IMG/VR virus record: IMGVR_UViG_3300031867_000001
Span: 64,001 to 128,000 of that record
Direction: 5' to 3' (one strand)
Length of the DNA: 64,000 nt
Source: a virus
Taxonomy: Duplodnaviria; Caudoviricetes
Each line of letters starts with the position of its first letter. Positions within the stretch are counted from its first letter, which is position 1. Position numbers and translations under genes: made by a program. This document shows positions 18,392 to 27,899 of this stretch, piece after piece. Under the pieces are notes generated by a model. It was not told the DNA's origin and did no database searches. It saw nothing but the letters and a program-made list of their open reading frames with translations.

Positions 18392-20317
18392 TTAAATGTA
18401 TATCATCCGTGCTGCTGTGCATCCACCCTTTGTATCAACAATTACAACATCAAACAATCCAAGCAACTGTTTAAATGGTGTTAATAATTTATCGACAACA
18501 AAGTCTGGATCAATTGCACCAGATAACCAATCTGGGATTTCTTCATATGTTTCTGGCAGACTTATATATGGATCTTTCTTATGTGATGGATCTTCTGCTG
18601 ACAATAACTCATACAGACGTCTCATTGTCGGATTCATATTCCGTTCCATAAATGCATATGATAATGGAATGACAAATACTCGATCCATTGGCAAGATCTT
18701 TTCATCAGGAAACATATTATTCCAGATAATTGCACCACGCATTTGTGATGGTAATGTTTTTGTTGGATCATATGATTCTACTTTCTTTGTACTTTGTGTT
18801 TTATGATATGAAGTAACACGTGTGACAAGTGGCAATAACTTTTCTTTCAATGCTTCATATTCATCCAACAATGCAGCGACATTGATCTTTTCGGTTGTTA
18901 ATACATATTTATCATGCAATTCCAACATGATTGGTTCCAAGAATTCTGCTGAATCACGTTTCTTGAATGATAATCCAGTTACGGAAATATTATGGATATT
19001 TCTTAAATGTCCTTCTTGAACCATACACGATGCAGAATACATCTTCTTGGCAAACAGTGACATGGATAAGAATGCAAACTCATTCTTGAATACAAACTTA
19101 TCTCTGTAATATTTGTCTTTGATTCCCATGTTGTTTGTAATGTTTTCAACCATTTTCGGAATGACTGCTTCAACAATTAATCTCATACCAAATGCGGATG
19201 CGATTAAGCAAGAGTCACGGAAGTTATCCACGTGTGCTTGGAACTCATCCAGGAAATGTGCGAAATGTACCATGAGTGAATCTGTATCTGTTACACATAC
19301 AATCAATCGAGTCATGGATGCCGCACGTGCTTCACCATCATTGACAATGTATGGATACACACAATTATCCAATATCATCTTCATGATATATCTCATATCA
19401 GATTCAATCTCAGGTGGCATCTTAACACCATAACCTGCTTTGAATACAGATTCATCTGTTAAGTCTTTCGAGAAATCCATTTTGTTTAATTTCAAATAAT
19501 GCATAACGGATTCCACATGATGATGCAGATACATTGTCAAAACCAATCTCATATTATATGCCAACATCAATTGATTCTTTTGTGACTGTGGTAATGTGTC
19601 GATATACTTTGTTAATTGCTTCCGATCACTCATGGACGGATGATAAACCATTGCCAACAATCTATTGGTGACTTGTTCGGTTGTGAACGAACCACCAAAC
19701 AAATCACGGTTTGTTGTATCAGTTGTTAATACAATTCGAATGAAATCATACAGTTCGTTGATACCATTCAACAACGCCCATTTGTTTCTGTTGGCAGATA
19801 ATAATTCCAGACAACAAATTAAGGTTGTTGTCATATTTTTGGCAGTACCTGCTGTAGCTGGTGGAATGTATACTGAATAGAATGGTGATAAGGTGGTTCC
19901 GGATCCACCATAATCCGCATTCATAATGACTTTGACATTACCTTGACCAACATCCAAGTTTTTGTATTCAATGGATGATGGTTCAAACTGATACATCTGT
20001 TTCTTTAAAATCCCTCGATTGTTACCTTCGGTCTCCAAGAATAATACAGTCGGAGATAAGTATTCTTCATGTTGTTTGAAGAATGTTGCATTACCAGAAA
20101 TGATCGGTTCTGTTTCATCAATCCAATCAAATACTTTGGTCATGGTTGTGTCAAAACATTCGTGAGTCATATTATTATCCATTTTACACGGAATGTCAAT
20201 GAATCTGTCTTCGACATGTCTTCTGACAATTTCGTATACACGAGAACGATCTATGTTCGGATGCATTCTCATATACATCTCACATACTTCGTTCTCATAT
20301 GTTTCCACTATATTCAT
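18392..20317 (-). CDS. Family-B DNA polymerase, polymerase subunit of split enzyme
   Basis: KVIMNADYG (motif B), VTDTDS (motif C), KKMY, TGLSFKK; no exonuclease domain; likely start MNIVET 20317. Confidence 0.85.
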   Translation of the reverse strand: MNIVETYENEVCEMYMRMHPNIDRSRVYEIVRRHVEDRFIDIPCKMDNNMTHECFDTTMTKVFDWIDETEPIISGNATFFKQHEEYLSPTVLFLETEGNNRGILKKQMYQFEPSSIEYKNLDVGQGNVKVIMNADYGGSGTTLSPFYSVYIPPATAGTAKNMTTTLICCLELLSANRNKWALLNGINELYDFIRIVLTTDTTNRDLFGGSFTTEQVTNRLLAMVYHPSMSDRKQLTKYIDTLPQSQKNQLMLAYNMRLVLTMYLHHHVESVMHYLKLNKMDFSKDLTDESVFKAGYGVKMPPEIESDMRYIMKMILDNCVYPYIVNDGEARAASMTRLIVCVTDTDSLMVHFAHFLDEFQAHVDNFRDSCLIASAFGMRLIVEAVIPKMVENITNNMGIKDKYYRDKFVFKNEFAFLSMSLFAKKMYSASCMVQEGHLRNIHNISVTGLSFKKRDSAEFLEPIMLELHDKYVLTTEKINVAALLDEYEALKEKLLPLVTRVTSYHKTQSTKKVESYDPTKTLPSQMRGAIIWNNMFPDEKILPMDRVFVIPLSYAFMERNMNPTMRRLYELLSAEDPSHKKDPYISLPETYEEIPDWLSGAIDPDFVVDKLLTPFKQLLGLFDVVIVDTKGGCTAARMIYI

Positions 20318-20353
20318 TTTACCACTCTCTTTCATTTTTATTGGGGTGATCAT

Positions 20354-20500
20354 ATGGATTATAATGATCTTCAGAATAAACCAACCATCAACGATGTTGA
20401 AGTCGTTGGTGATATGACGTTGGAAGATATTGGTATTGTCGAACTAACACCAGAAATGGTTGCTGACATATATCTTGAAACGTTTGGATTTATTCTGTAA
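20354..20500 (+). CDS. 48-aa protein made of a tail-fibre-type repeat motif
   Basis: MDYNDLQNKPTINDVEVVGDMTLEDIGI resembles the DYxxLxNKPxINGVxLxG motif of Firmicute phage fibre proteins; SD GGGGTG. Confidence 0.65.
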   Translation: MDYNDLQNKPTINDVEVVGDMTLEDIGIVELTPEMVADIYLETFGFIL

Positions 20501-20585
20501 TCAATATAAAATAAACGGCAGTATTCTGTCGTTCATTATAAGAATATACTTATTCTAAAAAATAATTTTTCAGGAGGTTTTACTT

Positions 20586-23500
20586 ATGCTTGAATACATT
20601 AAGCGTCAGATTGCTGAAAAACAAAAAGCCAATCAGAATGTAAGTCAAGTTGTTGATCCCACTGATCAGCTTGATAGTGCTATCTTGGAATATGCACATC
20701 TTGCGGATGAATTATCTGACTTGACCATGGAAGGACATAATGCATTACGTGAACGACCAATTCTTGATATTCCGATTGAAGATGATGTTGAATTGGATTC
20801 TATTGAGATGTCAATCACCAGTGGTAGAATCATGGATGTTCCTGCTGATATTACTGCTATGGAACATGCATATGAAGATCAGAAGACATTCAATGACTTC
20901 TTCCAGGAGGCATACAAAAATACCGGTCGGTTGACACGTGAGAGTGATGCTCATTATTCTGAAAGAGTTATGAATATTGCCGATAAGGAATATCATGCTT
21001 ATATGGAATACGTCATCCAAGAAGGATTGTTTGGTAATGACATGCTTTCGATTAACGATGATCGTGTTCCTGCTTCGATTATGGTCGACTTTGGTAAGTA
21101 CTCTGGTGGAAATTATATCACCAAGATTCCGGTTGGCTTTGAATGTGATCATAATAACAAGGTCAATATCAATCAGATTCATGCAGTTACCATTTCTCAG
21201 AACATGCGTGTATTTGCACATGTTGCTGAATTCTTGGCAAACCAGATCCATACGAACCAGCACATCAATATTCGTGGATCTGTATGGGACGTTGCTACTC
21301 CAGTCATGATGATTGTTCCAAAGTTTACCGGCAGATACACCACCATTGTGAAGTTTGAGATTGAGGGTGGAACGGACGAGTTCGTTTCTTGGAGCATTGA
21401 AGAAAGCAAGATTCGTAAGTCCAAGAATGAAGCACTTGATCTGAACAAGATTGAAGGTGTTGAATCTCCAGTTGAGAAGTATGATACTAAGAAGGTATCC
21501 TCTATGCATCTCACCTTCAAGGATAAGAACAAACCCATCAACGAATATGTTGCTCCAAAGAAGATTCCTTCTCGTTGGGATCTGTATAATGATAATACCG
21601 ATTATGACTATATCGAAGAGAGTACATCCAGTGATATCACATGGACACTCATTGGTTGTATGGCAGCCGGTGCTGCAGTTGGTGGTGTTGTAGGTGCTGG
21701 TATTGGTGCGGCTGTTAGTACTTTAGACGTTCTCCTTGCAAGTATGGCATATGGTGGAGCAATTGGTGGAATGCTCGGTACAACTGCAGGTTCATGGGCG
21801 GCTGTTTATAAGATTCGCGATAATGTACCAACGCTGTTTGCAAAGAACATTACCAAAGCAATTTCGAAGTGTGTAAAGATTGCAAACGAAAGTCCATCTT
21901 CTGAAGAAGTATACATTTCTGAATTGAAGAAGTTCAAGAAAGCAAATAAGAAACTCAGCAATGAGTTAAGAATATGGGATCCCGAGAATGCTAAGAGATG
22001 GGATACTCATACCATGTACAATGATTACACCAGCAATCGGGTTCCAGAGAACGTAAGAACAGCTTTGAAGAAGGCAACCGAAAAGGTTGGTGAAATGATA
22101 CTTTCTCTTGAAGCTGGTAAACAGAAATTTGAGAAGAAGTTCCTGAATGAATACCTTGAATCACTGAATGATTTGCTTGATGCAATTTGGTGCAAGAATG
22201 ATGAAGCGAAAATCAAGTCTGAAGGTTATTATGCGTTGACGCTTGATGAAGTCATTCAAGAGATGGCTGAAACCGATTTCATTCAAGAGGCAATTGACTT
22301 CGGCGGTGGTGATAATGCCGACACACCCCCAAGCGGTGACAACAGTGGAGTGAATGATGCAGGTGCTGCAACAAATGCTGGATCGAATGATACTGGGGAT
22401 TCTGGTAATATCGATCTTGGTGCAACGGATAATGCAAATAATGATGCTGCACCAACAGTTGATGCAGATGCACAAAAGGCAAATGTCAATGACGTAAGTG
22501 ATGCAATTGCTGCTAAGGTTTCTAATGAGACCAATAAGGACTCTGCAGATCTCGGTATGGATGCAGCTCCAACATTTGATTCCAATCCTGATGTGAAGCT
22601 GGATCTGGATTCCGCTGATGCTGGTTCTACTGATACAAGTAGTGAAGATGTGAATAATCTTGAACCCGATCTGTCCCAGGATTCTTCCAATGATATGGGA
22701 TCTACTGACAACTTCAACACTCAGGATGTTACTGGAAATGATTCGACCGAACCTTCTTCTGATGAAATGAAGGACGAGTTGAATGGTGATTTCGGTGACA
22801 ATACTGATGTAAATTCTTCTGATCTTGGTGGTGGATCTATGGACAATATCGATGATATGTCTATTGATGATTTACTTGCTAAGGGTGAAGATAAACTCAA
22901 GGGCATGTCCATTGCACAGTTGAAGGATTTCTTGAATGATGGTTTGGGTGAAGAAGAGTCTGCTACGGTTGAATATGCAACCGGTTTACAGAACTCTATC
23001 AAGAATCATGTGAGGAATTGCCTTGGTATTCTCAACACAACCAAGCTGAGTGTAAAAGATCTTGTTACGGCATTCAAGACCGAAGGTCATGAATTAAATA
23101 AGAAGCTGACTCTTGCAGGAAACTCTGATGAGATTAATGCTAATCAGAAGCTTATCTATGAGCAATGCAATAAAGCTTTGGCCAACTTACAAGCTAAATT
23201 GAAGGCAAATCCGTCTGAAAGTGATAAGGGTCCATTACAGAAAGCCATTGTTGATTTCTGCAGATCCAGTTCCAAGATTACTACAGAAGCTGCTGAAATC
23301 GAAGGCATTGATGAGAATGGTGTTGTAATTACTGAGTGGACACTGACGAAAGACTATATCAAGGGCATGACACCAAAACGTGAAACATTTGAGCGCCTTA
23401 TCAGAATGGCAGAAACTTACAAAAAGCAACTTGGTAATGGAAAGACAATTGAAGGAAAAGATTTTGCAGCTCTGAAAAGCAATACCGACAAATATCTGAA

Positions 23501-23987
23501 ATTTCTTGGAGCTGAATCCAAAATGTTATCACATGTTAGTCATGGATCAGATAATAGACGTTTAAACGCTGCCAAGCAAATTAAAAACGCTTATCATTCG
23601 GCATCAAATGGTTTTTCAAATGAGGAAGATGATGCATTGTTTAATGCAAAATTGAATAAGCAATTTGGAACTTCGACTCCTGAAGATGATGAAACTATCA
23701 ACAGACTTGGTGAAAAGAAACAAAAGCATTATGAAAGAATGTCGAAAATTGATAATGCCGATTACATGTTAAACGTTGAGGATTTCTCTTATTCAAGCAG
23801 AGCTGCATCAGAATTGAAGAATTTGAACAGTGTTGTTCGGCGTTTAATGTACTCTCTGCAAACCAGTATGTCTTATAATGGTAAGCCATATAAAGCACTC
23901 GACAGTGTATTCATTTCGTCAATTCGTAAATCAATTGACGAGTACATTTCCAAACACGAAGAATTCTTAAGACTGCTTAAGAAATAA
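20586..23987 (+). CDS. Large acidic virion (inner head) protein
   Basis: 1133 aa; D/S/N-rich linker, glycine-rich hydrophobic segment, recurrent hydrophobic-x-QE motifs. Confidence 0.55.
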   Translation: MLEYIKRQIAEKQKANQNVSQVVDPTDQLDSAILEYAHLADELSDLTMEGHNALRERPILDIPIEDDVELDSIEMSITSGRIMDVPADITAMEHAYEDQKTFNDFFQEAYKNTGRLTRESDAHYSERVMNIADKEYHAYMEYVIQEGLFGNDMLSINDDRVPASIMVDFGKYSGGNYITKIPVGFECDHNNKVNINQIHAVTISQNMRVFAHVAEFLANQIHTNQHINIRGSVWDVATPVMMIVPKFTGRYTTIVKFEIEGGTDEFVSWSIEESKIRKSKNEALDLNKIEGVESPVEKYDTKKVSSMHLTFKDKNKPINEYVAPKKIPSRWDLYNDNTDYDYIEESTSSDITWTLIGCMAAGAAVGGVVGAGIGAAVSTLDVLLASMAYGGAIGGMLGTTAGSWAAVYKIRDNVPTLFAKNITKAISKCVKIANESPSSEEVYISELKKFKKANKKLSNELRIWDPENAKRWDTHTMYNDYTSNRVPENVRTALKKATEKVGEMILSLEAGKQKFEKKFLNEYLESLNDLLDAIWCKNDEAKIKSEGYYALTLDEVIQEMAETDFIQEAIDFGGGDNADTPPSGDNSGVNDAGAATNAGSNDTGDSGNIDLGATDNANNDAAPTVDADAQKANVNDVSDAIAAKVSNETNKDSADLGMDAAPTFDSNPDVKLDLDSADAGSTDTSSEDVNNLEPDLSQDSSNDMGSTDNFNTQDVTGNDSTEPSSDEMKDELNGDFGDNTDVNSSDLGGGSMDNIDDMSIDDLLAKGEDKLKGMSIAQLKDFLNDGLGEEESATVEYATGLQNSIKNHVRNCLGILNTTKLSVKDLVTAFKTEGHELNKKLTLAGNSDEINANQKLIYEQCNKALANLQAKLKANPSESDKGPLQKAIVDFCRSSSKITTEAAEIEGIDENGVVITEWTLTKDYIKGMTPKRETFERLIRMAETYKKQLGNGKTIEGKDFAALKSNTDKYLKFLGAESKMLSHVSHGSDNRRLNAAKQIKNAYHSASNGFSNEEDDALFNAKLNKQFGTSTPEDDETINRLGEKKQKHYERMSKIDNADYMLNVEDFSYSSRAASELKNLNSVVRRLMYSLQTSMSYNGKPYKALDSVFISSIRKSIDEYISKHEEFLRLLKK

Positions 23988-24007
23988 TTTAAGGAGGTTG
24001 AAATATA

Positions 24008-24811
24008 ATGGCTGAAGATATTAAAAATCTTTTGAATGATATTATCCATGATACGGATAACAACTCTTATCCGGACAAATATAATATCAATTCCGATAAT
24101 AAAGATAATGTCTTTGATAAGGCAGACTTCCGTGAGAAGCTCAGCATGAATGTTCTGAAAGACATTATCTCGGCAATGATGCATGATGAAACCAAGGATC
24201 TTGATGGAATGATTGATGATTCTATTAAGAGGCATATCGATACGAACTACAATGGTTCTTGCTACAATTACTTGACCAAGAGCTGTTGTGCACTTCATTC
24301 TCCGATGTTGGGCTCCATCATTCAGGAAATCAACAACAAGACAGAAGAGGTTGCAGAACAAGTTGAAGCAACTAAGAATTGTCCCAACTGTGTAACGGAA
24401 GCAGAACTGAAAACAAAGGAGCTGCTTGACAGTTGTGATGATGGTGAGACATATAAGGAATTCCGCAGACGTCTCCGTGATAAGGTATCCAGAGATATTG
24501 TCGAGGAAGTTTCCGGTTGCATCACGGATGGTAATGATACGCCAGAATTCGAGGATGTTGATAAGAAGATTGTTCAATCAGAACAGAAGAACGATACCGG
24601 TGACACACCTCCTGCACCAGAAGAGCCACAGACAGAATCTAAGATCATTCGGATGTGTGGTTCTATTGTACAGGAATCTGTAATGAACAATCATCCAATG
24701 TCAACTGAAGATGGTTTGAATAAAGCCATTATTGAATACTGCATTGTTCAAATGGATCGTTTGTTCAAACAGAACACAAACATTGATGGTTACAGCTTGT
24801 ATTTGAAATAA
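24008..24811 (+). CDS. Putative virion protein
   Basis: 267 aa, co-transcribed, IIQE/VQES motifs. Confidence 0.5.
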   Translation: MAEDIKNLLNDIIHDTDNNSYPDKYNINSDNKDNVFDKADFREKLSMNVLKDIISAMMHDETKDLDGMIDDSIKRHIDTNYNGSCYNYLTKSCCALHSPMLGSIIQEINNKTEEVAEQVEATKNCPNCVTEAELKTKELLDSCDDGETYKEFRRRLRDKVSRDIVEEVSGCITDGNDTPEFEDVDKKIVQSEQKNDTGDTPPAPEEPQTESKIIRMCGSIVQESVMNNHPMSTEDGLNKAIIEYCIVQMDRLFKQNTNIDGYSLYLK

Positions 24812-24823
24812 TGACATGATATG

Positions 24824-24848
24824 TATCGGGGGCTTTAAGCCCCCGATA
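24824..24848 (+). terminator. GC stem-loop
   Basis: TATCGGGGGCTTTAAGCCCCCGATA; core is the exact reverse complement of the hairpin at 33016-33038. Confidence 0.65.
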
Positions 24849-24860
24849 TAATCATTTGAA

Positions 24861-25155
24861 TTGTTTTGTAAATATTGGGTGGAGCATTGGCAATTTACTC
24901 CACCCAAAAAAGAAGGAGGAACGGTTGACACGCAGATTCACGTGTCATCATCATGCAGAAGCAATTGCAAACGATGATTAATCAATTGTAACATAACGAA
25001 GTTCCCGATACCGCGCCACCCCTATTGGGGTGACGTGTATAAATCGGGAATTTACAAAATAGGAGGTTGTCGCACCAAGACTACATGAACAACTCGCATC
25101 ATGCAATTATGGTACAAATATAAGCACTATGACACTTAAGCTTATATTACACCAT
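24861..25155. ncRNA. Highly structured intergenic RNA candidate
   Basis: Closing stem 24861-24872/25051-25062 enclosing four hairpins, plus further stems to 25155. Confidence 0.5.
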
Positions 25156-25162
25156 TGTTTTA

Positions 25163-26407
25163 TCATCCAACAATCATCATTTGATCCATGATACTCTTTT
25201 CAAGTTCCACTTCACGTTTCGTCACACTCTCCATATCAGATGGAAGTGCACTATAAACGAATTGATCAGGCTGTTGTTCTTGATGCGGTTTGCCGATACT
25301 GCTGATGAATTCATTCAGATCTGCACGGAAAGATGGATATAGTTTATTACCATTATTTTCAGCAACCAGATCGATGACGTCATCAAATGTTTCTTTCTTA
25401 CCATACAACAGATTGAAGTATTCTTTACCAGCACCTTCATGAGACCAATCGAAATTCATCAACTTCTCCTTGGTTTCTGGAGAAATACATTCGTCGTTTT
25501 TGGTTGATGAGAAGAAGTAGTTTGATTCCGGAATTGCAAATCTGCTGAATGTACCTCTCATTGCTTTGATCACCGGACTGATTGGTGTATCATAACCGTT
25601 CATGTGATAATGCTGCATATTCGTGAACGCTGTATCAGACATCACATTATAATCATAATCAACACCTTCACGCTCTGTACGATGACGTCTCTCTTTTGCT
25701 TTCGAGATTTTCTCAGCAGATGTCTCTACCGTGATATTACCACTCAGAATACCCTTCAACGTTTCTGGATCCGTAATCATTGTTGTCCAAGATGTCCACA
25801 ACTGTGGAATCGGACAATATGTGAATTTGATGTCACCTTTGTTCCATGCTTCAACGGCTTGTTCTTGACTGAGCCATGGATAATCATGTTTGACCGAATA
25901 ATCGATTGCATCCAATATTACCTTCATTGCTTCTCGCCAATCGTTTACATTGTAATATTGCTTTTGTAACGATGACAATCTGTGATAGATTTCTTTACGT
26001 TCTGCAGAATCGAACAGCTCTTCATCACTCTTGTGATACTTTAACCGATGATTTGCACGAACGATACATGTACTCATTTCTTCATGGATCTTTTGCTTCT
26101 GTTCATCCGATAACTTGATCACCATAACATCCTTGGTGGTTGCTTTACGTTTGTTTTGTTCAATCTTGCGTTGGATTGCTTTTGCACGAGTGGACTCTGT
26201 GAACATCCCAGACATATCATCATCGTCATCATCTTCCAAGATCATTCTTTGTAATTCAGCAGTACGATGTTTCACGTCCGCCATCATTTGTTCATCAACA
26301 ACAGTTGGGACAATACCTTTGTTGAGTTTATCAACAAATTCATCAATTTCTTCGATGTCATATGTATACACATAATCATCATCGAGATTCATTTTGGTTT
26401 CATCCAT
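25163..26407 (-). CDS. Hypothetical protein
   Basis: ~414 aa ORF; likely start MDETK. Confidence 0.7.
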   Translation of the reverse strand: MDETKMNLDDDYVYTYDIEEIDEFVDKLNKGIVPTVVDEQMMADVKHRTAELQRMILEDDDDDDMSGMFTESTRAKAIQRKIEQNKRKATTKDVMVIKLSDEQKQKIHEEMSTCIVRANHRLKYHKSDEELFDSAERKEIYHRLSSLQKQYYNVNDWREAMKVILDAIDYSVKHDYPWLSQEQAVEAWNKGDIKFTYCPIPQLWTSWTTMITDPETLKGILSGNITVETSAEKISKAKERRHRTEREGVDYDYNVMSDTAFTNMQHYHMNGYDTPISPVIKAMRGTFSRFAIPESNYFFSSTKNDECISPETKEKLMNFDWSHEGAGKEYFNLLYGKKETFDDVIDLVAENNGNKLYPSFRADLNEFISSIGKPHQEQQPDQFVYSALPSDMESVTKREVELEKSIMDQMMIVG

Positions 26408-26592
26408 AATAAAACACACTCCATTCTTTTATAATGTATATGAAATGTGGGATACCGTATCCCACATATCTCATATAAATATTACATATATCGAAATAAA
26501 GTATTCTCCGCACGAATCAATAACTCGTAAATGTATTGCTATAATGAGTTATGCATTTAACGAAATTTATTATGACGGGAAGTGAATATAGA

Positions 26593-27882
26593 ATGGGACA
26601 ATTGGTTTATGATGAACAATCACTGGTGGATTCTCAGATGTATAAATACGATATGTATTTACATTCCAGAATCAATAAATATACTGGTGATGGTAGAACA
26701 CTTGTTACATATTACAATATCAATGATGCTGATACAACCATGTCACTTGGTATGGACGCAATGTATCAAGTATTGGGTAATGATTCACCATTACGATTTG
26801 ATCGTATTGAAAATATGATCATATTGGGATTTTCTCAATTAAGTCCAGAAGATATACAAGCATCTACAACGAATGTTCGTAATTATAACTTACAAGGTGA
26901 AGCATATATTATACCTGGAACAATCATGCCAAAAGAGAATGATTTCTTTATTGTAAATCATATCAGAATGAATCATGTATTCCAAGTAACACAAGTATCG
27001 CAAGACGGATTAAACACAGATGGTTCTTATAAAATCCAATACCAATTATTTTCAACAAATCCGGATGAAATCGCTTTCTTGGATAAACAAACGGTTGGTA
27101 GATATGTCACCGATTTACAAACCATTGGTGGTGAAGATTTAACACCAATCATTGGCGTGGAAGATTATCAATTACGATCACGATTGATTCGAATGATCGA
27201 TGACATGATCGAGAATTATAAAGCTCGGTTTTATGATAAAACACATAATTGTTTCTTGTTACATTTAAATGGTCAAACATTGTTTGATTTATGTGGTAAT
27301 TACTTTATGCAAAGAAATTCCATCATGATCAAAGATAATGCAACGAACAATATTGTTTTAAATCGTGATAAATGTCATGAACGTGAATTGGAATCATATT
27401 ATCAAGCTTCACCATATAAATGGATTGAACGTGATGCACCATTGCGTTACCTGGAGCAATTCAAATATCACACTGTAAAAGCAAATGAAACATATCCTGA
27501 TTCTACATTTAAAATGTATGGGACGGATGTGGATGTCATGTTGTGGAATCCTGCATGGTGTCCAAAAGCAGAAGCACAAAAGTACTTCTCCGATCGTGTA
27601 TATGATATCTTATATAATGAACAAGATATCCGTACTTGTACGATGGACAAATGTAGATGTTGTGAAAGATGTGACACTTGTTATGCCAGACATTATTATT
27701 TGAAACGATATGATTTTATTTCATTAATTCATGATTTCATACATGGTAAATTAACGAAGTTGAATCAATTATCATTGTATACCGGTGATCAATTATTTGA
27801 TAATGCTGATGCTAAGGAGATATACTTATGGACTCCCATCATCATATACATTATTAAATATATTTTAAAATTAAAATCATAA
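26593..27882 (+). CDS. Putative virion structural protein
   Basis: Start MGQLVY; beta-rich PGTIMPKENDFF..VFQVTQV pattern reminiscent of head-closure/neck proteins; heads structural operon. Confidence 0.5.
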   Translation: MGQLVYDEQSLVDSQMYKYDMYLHSRINKYTGDGRTLVTYYNINDADTTMSLGMDAMYQVLGNDSPLRFDRIENMIILGFSQLSPEDIQASTTNVRNYNLQGEAYIIPGTIMPKENDFFIVNHIRMNHVFQVTQVSQDGLNTDGSYKIQYQLFSTNPDEIAFLDKQTVGRYVTDLQTIGGEDLTPIIGVEDYQLRSRLIRMIDDMIENYKARFYDKTHNCFLLHLNGQTLFDLCGNYFMQRNSIMIKDNATNNIVLNRDKCHERELESYYQASPYKWIERDAPLRYLEQFKYHTVKANETYPDSTFKMYGTDVDVMLWNPAWCPKAEAQKYFSDRVYDILYNEQDIRTCTMDKCRCCERCDTCYARHYYLKRYDFISLIHDFIHGKLTKLNQLSLYTGDQLFDNADAKEIYLWTPIIIYIIKYILKLKS

Positions 27883-27899
27883 TATAAGGAGGATTAAAT

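Noticed and set aside
20811-24577. Long antisense ORFs in the track (e.g. 20811-21509, 23873-24577)
   Set aside because: Shadows of codon-biased real genes on the opposite strand; no SD or motifs.
24925-24930. TTGACA as sigma-70 -35 box
   Set aside because: No TATAAT-like -10 at 16-18 nt spacing.
24967-24981. GCAAACGATGATTAA resembling tmRNA resume codons (ANDE...)
   Set aside because: Stops after four codons; no tRNA-like domain nearby.
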